Assembly (NCBI GenBank): GCA_946965045.2
Contig: OX337242.1
Span: 2,542,001 to 2,606,000, forward strand
Source: Epithemia pelagica
Lineage: Eukaryota > Protista > Bacillariophyta
Reading direction: 5' to 3'
DNA: 64,000 nt
Shown: positions 1-12,152 of the stretch, piece after piece
Layout of the letters: each line of letters begins with the position of its first letter
Position numbering within the stretch: position 1 is the stretch's first letter
Notes under the pieces: generated by a model
Databases searched by the model: none
Seen by the model: only the letters and a program-made list of their open reading frames with translations
What the model was told of the DNA's origin: nothing
Translations under genes and position numbers: made by a program

Positions 1-69
1 CGCAAACCAGGATACTTTTTTGTTGCTTGGTTCCTCATATAAGAAGTCTCCAAAGAGAGAGGAAAAATA

Positions 70-693
70 TTGACAATGGCATTGAATATCGATTACTTCA
101 CTGGCAGGAATAAGGTGCCGGAGAAAATCCCACCGAAAATCGTTTACTTTTTGGCATTGGGCGAATCAGATCGCAAGAAGGGTTTTGAGTTTCTCCTGTC
201 TTCTATGGTTACGGCGTTGGGGGATCCTCGGAAGGGAACTGACTTCGTTGAGTTAAAGAAGGACAAGGATCGAGTTTATGGATTCCCTACATTCATCTCT
301 TCTTTATGTGGAGGGTTGGACAAGTCTGGGGATGGGTTATTGTTGGTACAACGTCAGTTTTACAACGTTGGGTTCAATCCGGGTGCGAAGGAGAATTTTC
401 AACTTGGAAGTGACTTTCGTTGTCGTAGTGCATTCCTCATTGTTGTACGAGAGAAGGTGGTCGGCAAATTCCAAATTCTTCATCGCGAGATCTTCCACTT
501 CGGTGACGACGGGTCAATGACTGTCAAGTATTGTGATAGCTGTGATCCTAAAGAGTATCCGAAGGAGATTTTCAAGATGCTGAATGTGCATGTGGAGGAT
601 GCTTTTGTCGCGTCGACTTTGTACGGAATCAGTAAAGACAGTAAGGTTACCAACGATACGGTAGCAATCACGACGACTAATAATGGAATGTAG
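70..693 (+). CDS. Hypothetical protein (207 aa), no recognisable domain
   Basis: Open 207-codon frame followed by an AT-rich 3' region; no motif recognised; may belong to an adjacent transposon. Confidence 0.35.
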   Translation: MTMALNIDYFTGRNKVPEKIPPKIVYFLALGESDRKKGFEFLLSSMVTALGDPRKGTDFVELKKDKDRVYGFPTFISSLCGGLDKSGDGLLLVQRQFYNVGFNPGAKENFQLGSDFRCRSAFLIVVREKVVGKFQILHREIFHFGDDGSMTVKYCDSCDPKEYPKEIFKMLNVHVEDAFVASTLYGISKDSKVTNDTVAITTTNNGM

Positions 694-760
694 TGATTTA
701 CGGTATACTATAGTTGATTGTTAAATCTTCTTCTCGTCGTTGTGTGTCTTGTGGACTCCT

Positions 761-862
761 CTCTCGCTCTCTCTCTCTCGTCACAGCATGTCGACGACGA
801 GACGAGAGAGATGTGAGAAAGACAACGCGAGAGATATGAGAGAGAAGAGAGAGAGAAAGAGA
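761..862. repeat. CT/GA-rich microsatellite-like tract
   Basis: ctctctctcg... followed by gagagag/agagaaga runs. Confidence 0.5.
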
Positions 863-874
863 AAGATTTTGTAC

Positions 875-1131
875 TATTCAGTATGATGGCGGTGTATAGT
901 AAGTTTTATTTGGAATGTTGTGTTGTATAAACCAAATTCGGTATGGCATTGTTGGTTAGCCTTTACTCGGTATTTGGTTGACCAAATAAGTTGATAATCA
1001 GTATGATATGTTGAATATACAGCCTATTCAGTATGTAATGTTGAATAAAATTTAGATGTCGAAATGGAGGTTTATTCAGTACAAGAAAATCTGAATAAAA
1101 ATAAAATAGCGTTGAAAAGGTCTATTCAGTA
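875..1131. repeat. AT-rich segment with repeated TATTCAGTA motif (transposon subterminal-like)
   Basis: Perfect copies at 875, 1025, 1073 and 1123, plus variants (TAATCAGTA, inverted CTGAATAA); the last copy overlaps the hAT ORF stop. Confidence 0.55.
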
Positions 1132-3632
1132 GCAAAGTAGTGTGCAGTGAAGTCACGGTCCTGACAAGCCAACAGGAACCTGGATTTGTCAGCCGGTTTC
1201 CACTTTTTATAGTCGTTCGTGTAGGCTTCTGTTGGGTATTTGGCAATGACCTCGTTCCATTTAGTGTCAATGTCCCGCTTGCAAGCCCGACAAAAATCGC
1301 GCAAACTATCTTCACAAGTCTGTTTCAGCACTTTGGCTATTCGAGATTCTTCATCGGCAAGCGAGGCCTTTCCCGTTATACTCAACAATGCACGTTCATT
1401 GAGTTCTTGGGACTCCCTGAACGCACGGAATGGGTTGAATTTTTGGAACGGCATATTCGTTGTGGTGGAAGGATTGGTGTTTTGTTCAGGTCCAGACGTT
1501 GTGGTGGTCGAGTGAGACGTCGTAGTGCCCGTCATAGTGCCGGTAGTTTGTTGGGCTTGTTTTGATAACAAGGAACCGATTGTTGAATAAGCCTTGTTGC
1601 TGAACTTTTTGACCATGTCCTTCAAGAAAAGGTCCTTTACTCGATTGGCATCGTTTTGGTCATACACACCCAACGACTGGAAGAATTTCCCAAACATATT
1701 TGTTGTCAACGGGTGTGCCATCAAGGCCTTTTCAGAATCATCGTTGAGAGAGCCACCATCGTCTCTTTTGCGTCGACCTTCCACCAAAAGTGTCTTGAAT
1801 TCCGCGAGAATCCGACGGATAAGTTTGCGTGGTCCACTTTTCAAGTCCTTGAAAGACATTCCCACTCTTTCCAATTGGGGAATGGTTTTGTCCCCGTTCC
1901 ATCTCTTGTCTCTTGGTGTTGTAAGCGTCACAGGGAGACATCCAATTGCTTCTTTCGTAGTTTGCATCCGGTGTGTGTGAGCACGGGCAAGATAGATCTG
2001 CATTAGTGCCGCAGACGACGAACCTGGTTCGTCCGATTGGATAGAGATAGAAGCCTCTTGCAAAACAACAAGAATGGCCTCGTACTGTGCGAGTAATTCC
2101 CATTTGTCTTGATCGGGATAGTTGTCCTTGAAATCCGGATCAGTACCGAAGTTTCGATTGACATAGTCATGGAAACACCATTTGTTCCGTAGTAGATACT
2201 GTATTGTCAACACGCATCCACTCACTCGAGTCTCGTTGGGTAATGGGATTTGAACTACGGACTGGTTCATGCGTTCCATGTCCTCTCGCACATTGTCAAA
2301 GCGATGGTTGGCTTTTTTGGACATCAACCAGGCGGCAAACTTTTTGAATTCGGTGTACAGTTCCACAAAGCTCTTGTTGTCGTCAATAATTTCCTTGTTC
2401 TTGGTCCTTACCACTAACCCCGTGGCATGCTTTAAGACCAATTTGGCCTTATGCATGTCGCATTTGCCCACAGCCGAAGAACTCGTAATGTATTTCCCCG
2501 CCAACACTGCCGAAGCAGTGTTGTCGTTGACCGAGGAACATAGGTCAGTTTTGTGAAACCCCACCGTCTGGAGCAACGAGTGGGTTAGCTTGGCGACTTG
2601 TACAGCAGTATGGCCTTTGGTTTGTGCCAACCCAATTGGGATCCGGTATATGGCGCAATTCCGAGGGTCACAAAACACGACCGTGACTCCAAGGACATCA
2701 TATCGTTTTGCCTGCCACACATCGTGACATACCGTTGCGAACGGTATTTCTTGTCGACAAATCTTTTTATAGTGTTGACGAACACGGAAAGAGAGCTTCG
2801 ATATAGTACGGATAAACTCTTGGTACGATGTGACTCGCATAGACGTCACTTCCCGTCGACTGAGTTTTTCCGGTTGGGATTCGCGAAGAAGGTTGGAGTT
2901 TTTGATTGCGAAATCAATCATCTTCCGAAACTCTGGTTTCTCCACAATGGAGGCGGGTAGACAGCAATCATTGACACATTGGTAAATGTGTTGTTGCATT
3001 TATTGTCGAATGGTTTTCTTCGTAATCATGCCCAAACCATCACGAAACATGGTCATCTTTGTCTGGGTGGTGCCTTGTTCCGGTTCACTTTGTGCTTGTG
3101 CATCTTCTTTCGTACCAGGAATGACAAAGTCCTTATGATTACCGTCTGTATGTTGCTTGATGTTGGAGGGCCTGCTAGGACTAAGCATGATGATAGCGTT
3201 GCTCAAAGGAGTGTCTGGGTTTTGTAGGCAGAGAGGACATAGAACACATCTCTTAGTGACGACGGAAAAAGGAAGTAGCTTCTCAGTTTTGTTGGGAGAG
3301 GACTTCTTCGCAAGTTACTCCTGTTCTTCTTGTGCGGCCTTGAACGTGTCATTGATGCGTTGGAATCCTTTGTACATTTCAAGATTTTGTGGGTCATGTG
3401 AGGAAATAAAATCTGAGAATTGGGGCCAGTCAATGTGCACAGCGAATTTCCAAAGGGGTGACAAGTTTTGGTGACCAAAATGATCGGGCGGCGGCTGTTG
3501 GAACTTAGGAACAATGTCCTTTTCGCTTTGGAGGAAAGAGCGGTGGGCTTTCTGCTTTTCGGCATGAACCTTCTCGGATTGCGTCTTCTCAGCGGCACGG
3601 GTTGCTTTGGATTTTTTCTGACGAAGGTCCAT
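1122..3632 (-). pseudogene. hAT-superfamily transposase pseudogene with BED-type zinc finger
   Basis: ORFs 3315-3773, 3000-3206 and 1122-2999 are in one frame, broken by two TAA stops. Motifs: C-x2-C...H-x4-H (CPLC...HTDGNH), T-x-x-D-x-W (TVCHDVW), DNTAS, C-x2-H (CDMH), TRVSG. The C-terminal dimerisation domain is absent. Confidence 0.8.
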
Positions 3633-4024
3633 GGTGAACTGAATCGATTGGACTGGTTGGCTGTTGGCTGTTGGCTGTTGGCTGCTGTCGAAAATTATGA
3701 GACTCACAACAGAGAGCGATGGATGAAGATGCAACAGAGGTGAAAGGTGAATGTGTGTATGTATATGAGGCAATGGCGATGATCACTCATGTGCTGTCAA
3801 AAAGATTTACGTGCCTGCGAAGCGTGAGAGAAGAATGAGAGAATGTGGGTACTTCGAGGATTTAGAGACGTACCTATGGACTTAGAAGTAGTAGAATACC
3901 ATTAAGAGTACTTACTTCTGGTGCTTTAAGTAACACAGGGGGGTGGGTAGTACTTGATACGGTTACTTAAAGTATCGGAAAAATTAGCAAGTACTTGTGA
4001 TGGGTACTTACAAGGAAGCAATAA

Positions 4025-4137
4025 CAAGAAAGGCGACTGATATTAAGCGAATTTTGGGCGAGTAGCTAACCCATGAGGGACGCGTAGCTTAGAGCTCACT
4101 ATTTCAGTTTTTCACTTAGACGCACGATCGTAATTTG
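4025..4137 (+). repeat. Copia-1 5' LTR (113 bp, CAA...TTG)
   Basis: Identical to 10198-10310. Confidence 0.9.
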
Positions 4138-4577
4138 GTTTATCAGACCCAATGCAATAACTAATGAGATGCTATACCCACCATGGCCTGGGAAGGTCGC
4201 GAAATATCTAGATCATTCGCTTGGAAGAATGACTGCCCAAGGTTGGACACCTGTACTCCCGTTCATCTCACTAATATCTCGCCTGCAACGGGGCTCGAGA
4301 TGGATGAATGTGGTGTGTGGTCCGCGTATGCGCACACACCGGGCAATGGCGGACGCGCCGAACATCCTGCCGTTGAGGATGCAGCTATACGGACATGTTC
4401 ATTACTTAAATGACGTGCGCCGTCCTAGCACACCATGCAAGCTCTCCAACTCCGACTCTACCGCTCGCTCGCAAGTAGAACTGAGACCATGACGTGTAAA
4501 TTCCCCAAAGAAGAAGAAAACCTCACTTCGCTGGAAAGTCTGAACGAGTCCGAAAAAGACAAAGAATCCTCGCAACC

Positions 4578-6005
4578 ATGGCAGCCGCCAATCCTATGCA
4601 ACTGCTCAACGTCTACATGGACGTTGTATTGCAGATTACCGATCCAGCAGTTCGTACTGCAATCAACGGGCAAGGTCTAACCTCCGTCTATGATTTTGAG
4701 GCTCTTAGCGAAGCAGATGTCGCTGAAATTTGTACCAATGCCCGTAAACCAGGTGGCCTCATCCCGAACCCAGATCCAGCTGGTGTGCCAGCAATGATTG
4801 CTAATCCAGGAGTGCTCATTGGACACCTGGTCGAGAAGAAACTGAAGATGCTTCGTTATTATATCGTGCATATCGGGAAAATAAACCGCACCTTCGCTGC
4901 GGTTCCGCCAACGATGAATGACCTGACTCTACTCTATCGATTCAAGGAAGCTGAAGACGAATACGATAATGATGTCGAACTACCTGGGAAACTCACCAGT
5001 GTAGACAATATTCGCGTTGTCCTAGAGGATTTGGACAATTACTTCGAACGCAAACGTGGAGTGAGTGGCATTCCACTTGCCGCATATGTACGAGCAAATC
5101 CTGTTGTCGAACCAGAAGCAACTGATCCAAATGGCTTTGGAACACCAACCATTCTATCCGAGATGATTCGTCGAGCTTCACATGAAGGCCCAACAGCTAC
5201 AACGGACATGGTTGCTGTATGGGAGACGATCTGCCATGTTACACATGATGGCCCTGGCTGGGGTTGGGTGATGTCTTTTGCACGCACCCGCAATGGACGA
5301 GCCGCTTATTTAGCTCTCAAATCCCACTATCTCGGTGATGCCTTTCAGTCACGTCTTCGGGCTAAGGCTGATCAAATCCTTGAGAGCACCTATTATGACG
5401 GGTCCAAGCGTAACTACACGTACGAGCGTTACATCGAAACTCTCCAACGAGCATTTACGGATCTCGAATCAACAGGAGAGACCGTAAGCGAAGAGCGAAA
5501 GGTGAGAATCCTGATGACAGGAACTTCTGACTCTCGCCTTGAGAGTGCCAAGAATCAAATCCTGGCAACACCATTTCTGCGCTCTACCTTTGAGAATGCG
5601 TCAAATTTCCTTGCGGAAGTCCTTGATAGCAAGGTTTCCTATAGCGCAGCAAGTCGGAAACAAGCAAGAATCTCTGGTGTATCTACTTCCACGCCCAACA
5701 AAGGTGGTGGAAAGAATAATAAGAAAAATGAAAACAAGAAAGAGAAAGAAATAACAGACCGCTATTATAAACCCAACGAATGGGCTAAGCTCAGTGGCGA
5801 GGAACGTCAACGAGTACGCGACGCCAGAGAAAAGCGTGATAAACGAAGAGGAGTTGGGGCTATTTCCAGCAAGCCCAACAAGAAGCCTCGTCAAACTGAT
5901 GGAGACGAAACACCCGACATTACGGATGAATCGTCTGAGAGCCACGATAACGACACAAAGGGTGTCGGCGCTATCATGAGCCAACGTAAAAGGAGAAGCG
6001 TTTGA
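4578..6005 (+). CDS. Copia-1 Gag
   Basis: 475 aa; CoDi-type gag (GIPLAAYVR, RNGRAAYLALKSHYLG) with basic C-terminus; ends in TGA. Confidence 0.85.
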   Translation: MAAANPMQLLNVYMDVVLQITDPAVRTAINGQGLTSVYDFEALSEADVAEICTNARKPGGLIPNPDPAGVPAMIANPGVLIGHLVEKKLKMLRYYIVHIGKINRTFAAVPPTMNDLTLLYRFKEAEDEYDNDVELPGKLTSVDNIRVVLEDLDNYFERKRGVSGIPLAAYVRANPVVEPEATDPNGFGTPTILSEMIRRASHEGPTATTDMVAVWETICHVTHDGPGWGWVMSFARTRNGRAAYLALKSHYLGDAFQSRLRAKADQILESTYYDGSKRNYTYERYIETLQRAFTDLESTGETVSEERKVRILMTGTSDSRLESAKNQILATPFLRSTFENASNFLAEVLDSKVSYSAASRKQARISGVSTSTPNKGGGKNNKKNENKKEKEITDRYYKPNEWAKLSGEERQRVRDAREKRDKRRGVGAISSKPNKKPRQTDGDETPDITDESSESHDNDTKGVGAIMSQRKRRSV

Positions 6006-9000
6006 CACAGTGTGATGTCTGCGACAACTTCTCGTGAGATCTCAGTTCCCCTAATCAGGTGTGAACTCGACAGTCATGCGGATACATGCTGTCTGGGATC
6101 TGAATGCTATGTTCTGTATCAAACAGATACGGCTGATGTCAGTGGTTTTGTTGAGAGTCTTGGCAAGATTAAAGAGGCCGGTGTAATTACTGGTGTATTG
6201 GCATATGACGACCAGGAAACAGGCCAAACATTCCTTCTTTATTTTCATCAAGCTCTACATCTACCACAATTAAAAGACAAATGCCTCCTTTATCCGAATC
6301 AAATGAGGGAGGCCGGTATTGAAGTCAACGATGTGCCGTTGAAATACTTGAAAGCAGGGGACCGAACCCAACGATCCCACAGTATCATTGCAAGGGACAA
6401 CGAACTGGGAGAATTGCGCATTCCACTCGATCTTGTTGGCGTTCTAAGCCAATTCTGCACGCGCAAGCCCACGAAAGAAGAGATTGAAACAATAGATCCT
6501 TCTTGCCGAATCGACATGACAAATGAAAGACCCGAGTGGCAGCCGAATGACTCAACACCTGACGTTGATGAAAGGGCACTCCGGGATTCAGTACAAGTGA
6601 ACGCCTCAGAAGAAAAGCGTGAGCGGACGATCAACCTTGCAATGACAAAGACACTACGAGTGAATAATCGCGCCATTCATGTCCACGTATCAGATATTGG
6701 ACATAGGCGAAAGGGGACAATACGTCCAGATGAATTGGCACAACGATGGAGTATTGGACTTCCTAGCGCTGAGCGGACATTCCAGCAGACGACACAGTTG
6801 GGTGTTCGAGAGTTTACTGCTCAAGGAGGTAGTCGCCGTTTGAAACACACGGCATACCAACTGCGGCATCGCCGACTGAGAGCAGATGTGTACACCGATA
6901 CACTGTTTTCTGAGACGAAATCACTGGATCAACATACATGCGGGCAGATTTTTGCCACCGACTTTGGCTGGGTCCATTTCGTCCCTATGCGAAAGAAAAG
7001 CGACGCTCCGACAACGTTACCATCTGTCTTCGACAGTTACGGCATCTTCAATCATATCATCCCTGACAACGCGCCAGAATTAACCTCGCAAGAATTTCGG
7101 AAGGTAGCTCACAAATACGGATGCCGCATTAAACCTGTGGAAGCCTGGACTCCAAACCAAAACCTGGCTGAGGCCAATATCAGAGAATTGAAGCGCCTCT
7201 ACCGACGAGAAATGAGGCGTAGTAACGCACCAGCTGTGTTGTGGGACCATTGTCTCATGCTAATGGCGGAACGACGCTCCCACACGAGTTTTGGAAGCAA
7301 TGTGAATGGGCCGCCCATTCAACAACTCACTGGCGATACGCCAGATATTTCCCACCTCGTTGAACATCGATGGTTCGATTTTGTTTGGTATAGTAACCCT
7401 GGCTTTGAGGGTCGCAAATTGGGCCGCTGGCTGGGACCAAGTCATACCGTCGGTCAGGCAATGTGCGCCAAAGTCTTAACTGACAAAGGAAAGATAGTTC
7501 ATCGAACCTCCGTATGGCCAATCCACCGAGAATCACAAATGGATGACGCATATAAAGCTCAGCAGGCTTCATATATGGAAAACCTGAAAGCTGCCCTTGG
7601 GAATAGAATGGCCGGTATCCCCATTGCTGATGAAGATGATAATGAGGCTGACACGCCTACCTTTGAGGCCTACGAAGATGACGAACAACCAGATGTTCGG
7701 ATGCCAGAAGCCGATGCCTATGCACCCGATGCATACGATAAACTCATTTCAGCTAAAGTTATGCTGCCTCTTGGCGACGATCAACGAAAGGGGACGGTTA
7801 GAAGAAGGAAACGAGACGCAGAGGGTCGGGTCGTCGGACATGCCTCAACGAATCCCTATCTAGATACGACCCTCTATGAAGTTGAATTCGACGATGGGCA
7901 TGTACAGTCATATGCGGCAAATCTTATTGCCGAAAATATTTACGAGCAACTCGATGATGAGGGCAATTTGTATCGTATGGTGGAGGAAAATCACCGATCA
8001 CAAAGCTGACAAGACAGCTGTGCCCATATCGGATGGCGAATTTGAATTGAATGGACGAAAACACAAGAAGAAAACGACGAGAGGCTGGTTCTTATGTATT
8101 AAATGGAAGGACGGTTCCTCAAGTTGGGAGGCCCTAAAGGACCTCAAAGAATCGTATCCTATCGAAGTCGCTGAGTATGCTGTTGCGAACAAATTAGAGA
8201 AAGAACCCGCGTTTGCATGGTGGGTCCCATTCACTCTACGAAGAAGAACGAGGCTGATCAAAGCAGCAAAGACTACAAGGTACATGCAACAATCCCAAAA
8301 ATACGGCATTGAGGTGCCCAAAACAGTGGAACGAGCTCTCCAGATTGATCGTGAAACTGGTACGGATTATTGGCGTAAAGCCCTGAAACTGGAGATGTCC
8401 AAGATTTTTCCAGCCGTCAAAATCTTGGACGACGGTGTCAAAGAACCAGTGGGCTATCAGGTAATCCCTTGTCACATCGTTTTTGATGTCAAGATGGATT
8501 TCACCCGAAAAGCCAGATATGTGGCTGGAGGCCATAGAACGGAAGAGCCCGAAGCACCAACATACGCAAGTGTCGTCAGTCGTGAGAGTGTCCGAATTGG
8601 ATTCATGCTGGCCGCTCTCAATGGATTAGAGATTCAAGCAGCTGATATTGCCGGAGCTTATCTTAACGCTCCATGCCTTGAAAAGGTCTGCACAAGATGC
8701 GGTTTAGAATTTGGCACCGAGTACCAAGGCCGGATTGCGATCATCACAAAAGCCCTCTATGGGTTAAAGACCAGTGCTTATGCCTGGCGCGATCTCCTGT
8801 CCACTACCCTGCAAGAGGACTTGGGCTATTTCCCATGTCGAGCAGATCCAGACTGTTATTTACGTCAAGCTACAACGGGAAATGGAGAACGCTACTACGA
8901 AATGCTGTTCGTCTATACAGACGACATATTGGTCATCTCGCACAAGCCGATGGAATCTTTGACAATGCTTGACCACCACTACCTACTTAAACCAGATTCG

Positions 9001-9993
9001 ATTGGTATCCCAAAATATTATCTGGGATCACAAGTACAAACGTTCGATATCAATAATGACGTGTCTCAACGATGCTGGGCGTTGAGTTCAGAGAAATATG
9101 CAAAAGCAGCCATAGGGAACGTAGTCTCATGGCTTGAAAATCAAGACCGCAAACTCAAAACCAGAGCACCAAGTGTGTTGCCCAGTGGGTATCGTCCTGA
9201 ATTGGACACAACACCATATTGTGATCCACAGCTAATGAACTTTTATCAACAGCAAATGGGTGTGCTTCGCTGGCTCGTCGAATTGGGAAGAATTGACATC
9301 GCTGCAGAAGTGTCAATGTTGGCTGGATTTTTGGCAGGGCCCAGAGAAGGGCATGTGGAGGCAATGCTTCATCTGTTTGCTTATCTCAACCTACACGATT
9401 GTTCACGGCTCATCATGGATCCATCATATATTGAGCTTGGTGATGAACCAACGAGTGACTGGACAGGTTTCTATCCTGGAGCCATTGAAGAAATTCCTCC
9501 AGATGCACCCGAACCATTAGGCAAAGCGGTCCAAATGACAGTCTTCGTCGATTCAGACCATGCTGGAGATCTCTTGACGCGACGCTCCAGAACAGGTGTG
9601 CTCATTTATTTGAATCGAGCCCCCATCTCGTGGTATAGCAAGAAACAAACGAGCGTTGAGACTTCTACGTTTGGGTCTGAATTTATGGCCCTCAAGGTGG
9701 GGGTGGAGATGCTGAAAGGCTTACGATACAAGATGAGGATGATGGGAATTCCATTGGACGGACATGCACATGTGCGTGTAGACAATATGTCTGTGGTCTA
9801 CAACAGTTCCTTACCGGAATCGACACTACGCAAGAAATCGAATTCAGTTGCGTATCATTTTGTACGCGAAAACGTGGCAAACGGTACATGCAAGATTGCC
9901 TTCGAACCGTCTAAGACAAATTTAGCGGACCTGCTTACGAAGATTCAAACTGGTCCGGAGCGGACAAGACTGGCACAGATTATTTTATTCTGA
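6006..9993 (+). CDS. Copia-1 Pol (PR-IN-RT-RH), one +1 frameshift at A4 run 7987-7990
   Basis: LDSHADT protease; integrase D/D/E (YTDTL, PDNAPE, AEANIRE); RT KARYVAGG, ADIAGAYL, YTDD; RNase H DSDHAGD, ADLLTK. Confidence 0.9.
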
Positions 9994-10197
9994 GGAAAGC
10001 CATTGGACAATGAGTACGTTTCCCGCCCGACTGAGGGGACTGGGTACGTCCTGCACGCCATAAAAGGTGGGGCGCTCTAAAGCAGGTGTGGAGGAAATGA
10101 AGAAGATGAATGTTGATGAATTCCATGTGTTATAGAGTATGAAGATGGCAAAATGTGACTATATCAAGAGGGTCCGTCATAGCAATTTTGAGGGGAC

Positions 10198-10310
10198 CAA
10201 GAAAGGCGACTGATATTAAGCGAATTTTGGGCGAGTAGCTAACCCATGAGGGACGCGTAGCTTAGAGCTCACTATTTCAGTTTTTCACTTAGACGCACGA
10301 TCGTAATTTG
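10198..10310 (+). repeat. Copia-1 3' LTR
   Basis: Identical to the 5' LTR; followed by ATAA. Confidence 0.9.
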
Positions 10311-10967
10311 ATAAGATGAGCGGTACTTGCGGTGGGGTACTTAAGGTGGTACAGGAAAATATAGGTACTTTTTGGTGAGGACTTAGGGAAAGGAAAGTAC
10401 ATGGCGAAGAGAAGAGGGACTTAGACCAAGGAAAGTCATAAAGTACGCGAAAAGTAGTACTTTTGGAAAAAAATAAAAAATAGGTACTTGGTACTTCACA
10501 ACCCTGCATAACATGTAAAACGCTATACCACACTAATATTATGTGGTCGTTGGTCGTCTACAAGTAGTGTACTACTACGAGTATTTACAATCTAGGTATT
10601 CCGCATCAACGCCCGACGATGCCAGTACATGCGCGCGAGGCCAGCATGTCCGTGATTGAGAGGACAATCCTGCACCCAACTACCCCACACTCCTGCTACG
10701 TCGCCTATTCTGTTCTCCGACAAGCAGTATGAGAAATGGTCTGGGAAGAACCGATTACTGGACCTAGGTAACTACAAGTAGAAGAAAAGAGAAGAAGTGG
10801 AATAAAACATTTTCGTCTACGATAATCCATTCCACAACGATGGCTTTACGAATCATTGCGGTCGAATTTCGCACCGATCTTCTTTTTGGCGAGTTTGAGT
10901 TCTCGAAATGAGCACGTTTCCCTTGGCGTTCCAGGTTGCGCCGTTTGTATAGTGTTTTCTTTCTTTT

Positions 10968-12152
10968 TCAGAAGGGCGATCGACTTCGTGTGGGAATTTT
11001 GGGTGCCATGCTACGACCGACTTCAAATCGACTGGCCGAGGAGGATGACGAGCACGAAGAGCTATGGTCACTGATACTGGTCGCACTGGGAATCGTGGTG
11101 GCCGTACCAAGACTGTTGTTGGACCGATTCAGGACCGACAGGGTCCAGTCGTCCATGCAGCGCAAGGATCCCGCTTTGTCACTGACAATTTGACACGAAG
11201 AGGAGGAGGACAATGCCCCATGTCGTTGCAGGTGTGATCTTGGTGGAGCAGTCGCAGAACAGTCTTGCTCGAGTGTGGGAAAGGTGGTATTGTTCGCACT
11301 GGATCGATTCCGAAAGCTGTCTTCTTGTGGGGTCTTGAGGGCGGGTAGTTTTTGACAATCCAGATCGCCGTGACTCTGTGGACTGTTCTTGTTGGACAAC
11401 GACAAAAGGTCGGACATGAAGGCGGCTAATGGGTTCGTGGGAGCATGCTGCTGGTTGCTGGACGATGACACTACCCGCATTGGTGGTGGTGGTCCTTCCG
11501 TGTGCCTGGGCAGTGCCGGACGACTGAGTCGTTGTCGCTGCGGACTGGGATATCGAATCTGAGAAGAGCGAGAGCGGCACGAGCTTGTGGACGAGGAGGA
11601 GCTGCAGGACGAATTGTCACTACCACTGCCATCAATGTGATCCTTGTTACCATCGTGGTCCGATCCCCAACGTCGGTGGATTCCAGTTTTGAGAATGGAC
11701 TTTGGGGCTGGACAATGCTGGCGTCGTTGTCTTTCTGGTTCTTGAATCGGAGGACCAGTAATAGTAGCTCTACCTCTTGTTTGTCTTTGGCGATGACTTG
11801 TTTTTCGTGTCCCATGAGAGGACGCCGAGCTGGTGCAGGAGGAATCCGAGGAGGAGGACGAAGAAGAGGAAGATGAAGAGCAAGAAGAGGATGACGAGTA
11901 CGATGGCACGATGCGAAACTCGGCCCGTCGAGATATAGTAGTACTACCACCACCACTGCGCAGGGTTGTGGGCTGGCCGTGACGAGTCAAACCCTGATAC
12001 TCGCACAATCGCAAGCATTCTTGTTGGAGACTGTCACACCATACACAGGCCTTGGGAAGACGCAAATTGTGCCGTGCCTGTGCCACAATGCGTCGAGCAT
12101 CGACTCGTTTCAAATGCAGTTTGCGCTCCAGCATGTTTTCCATGGTCGACAT
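10968..12152 (-). CDS. Hypothetical Ser-rich low-complexity protein (~394 aa)
   Basis: Long ORF; probable start MSTMENMLERK; short helical N-terminal region, then poly-Ser tracts. Confidence 0.55.
   Translation of the reverse strand: MSTMENMLERKLHLKRVDARRIVAQARHNLRLPKACVWCDSLQQECLRLCEYQGLTRHGQPTTLRSGGGSTTISRRAEFRIVPSYSSSSSCSSSSSSSSSSSDSSCTSSASSHGTRKTSHRQRQTRGRATITGPPIQEPERQRRQHCPAPKSILKTGIHRRWGSDHDGNKDHIDGSGSDNSSCSSSSSTSSCRSRSSQIRYPSPQRQRLSRPALPRHTEGPPPPMRVVSSSSNQQHAPTNPLAAFMSDLLSLSNKNSPQSHGDLDCQKLPALKTPQEDSFRNRSSANNTTFPTLEQDCSATAPPRSHLQRHGALSSSSSCQIVSDKAGSLRCMDDWTLSVLNRSNNSLGTATTIPSATSISDHSSSCSSSSSASRFEVGRSMAPKIPTRSRSPF

Larger units (their letters stand above)
4025..10310 (+). mobile_element. 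Copia-1: Ty1/copia LTR retrotransposon (CoDi-like), recent insertion
   Basis: Identical 113-bp direct repeats 4025-4137 and 10198-10310; ATAA TSD; PPT GAGGGGA before the 3' LTR; gag-PR-IN-RT-RNaseH order. Confidence 0.95.
1122..10506 (-). mobile_element. Decayed hAT DNA transposon; 5' terminus at 10506, interrupted by Copia-1
   Basis: The minus strand begins CAGGGTTGTGAAGTACC (Ac-like CAGGG terminus). Dense GTACT/AGTAC subterminal motifs lie on both sides of the copia insertion (3850-4020, 10315-10500). The matching other end is not found in the window. Confidence 0.6.

Noticed and set aside
371-380. tRNA T-loop-like GGTTCAATCC
   Set aside because: No surrounding cloverleaf; it lies inside an ORF.
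7987-7990. Programmed frameshift between integrase and RT of Copia-1
   Set aside because: It needs a +1 shift in mid-pol at an A4 run; a single-base insertion (mutation or homopolymer error) is simpler.
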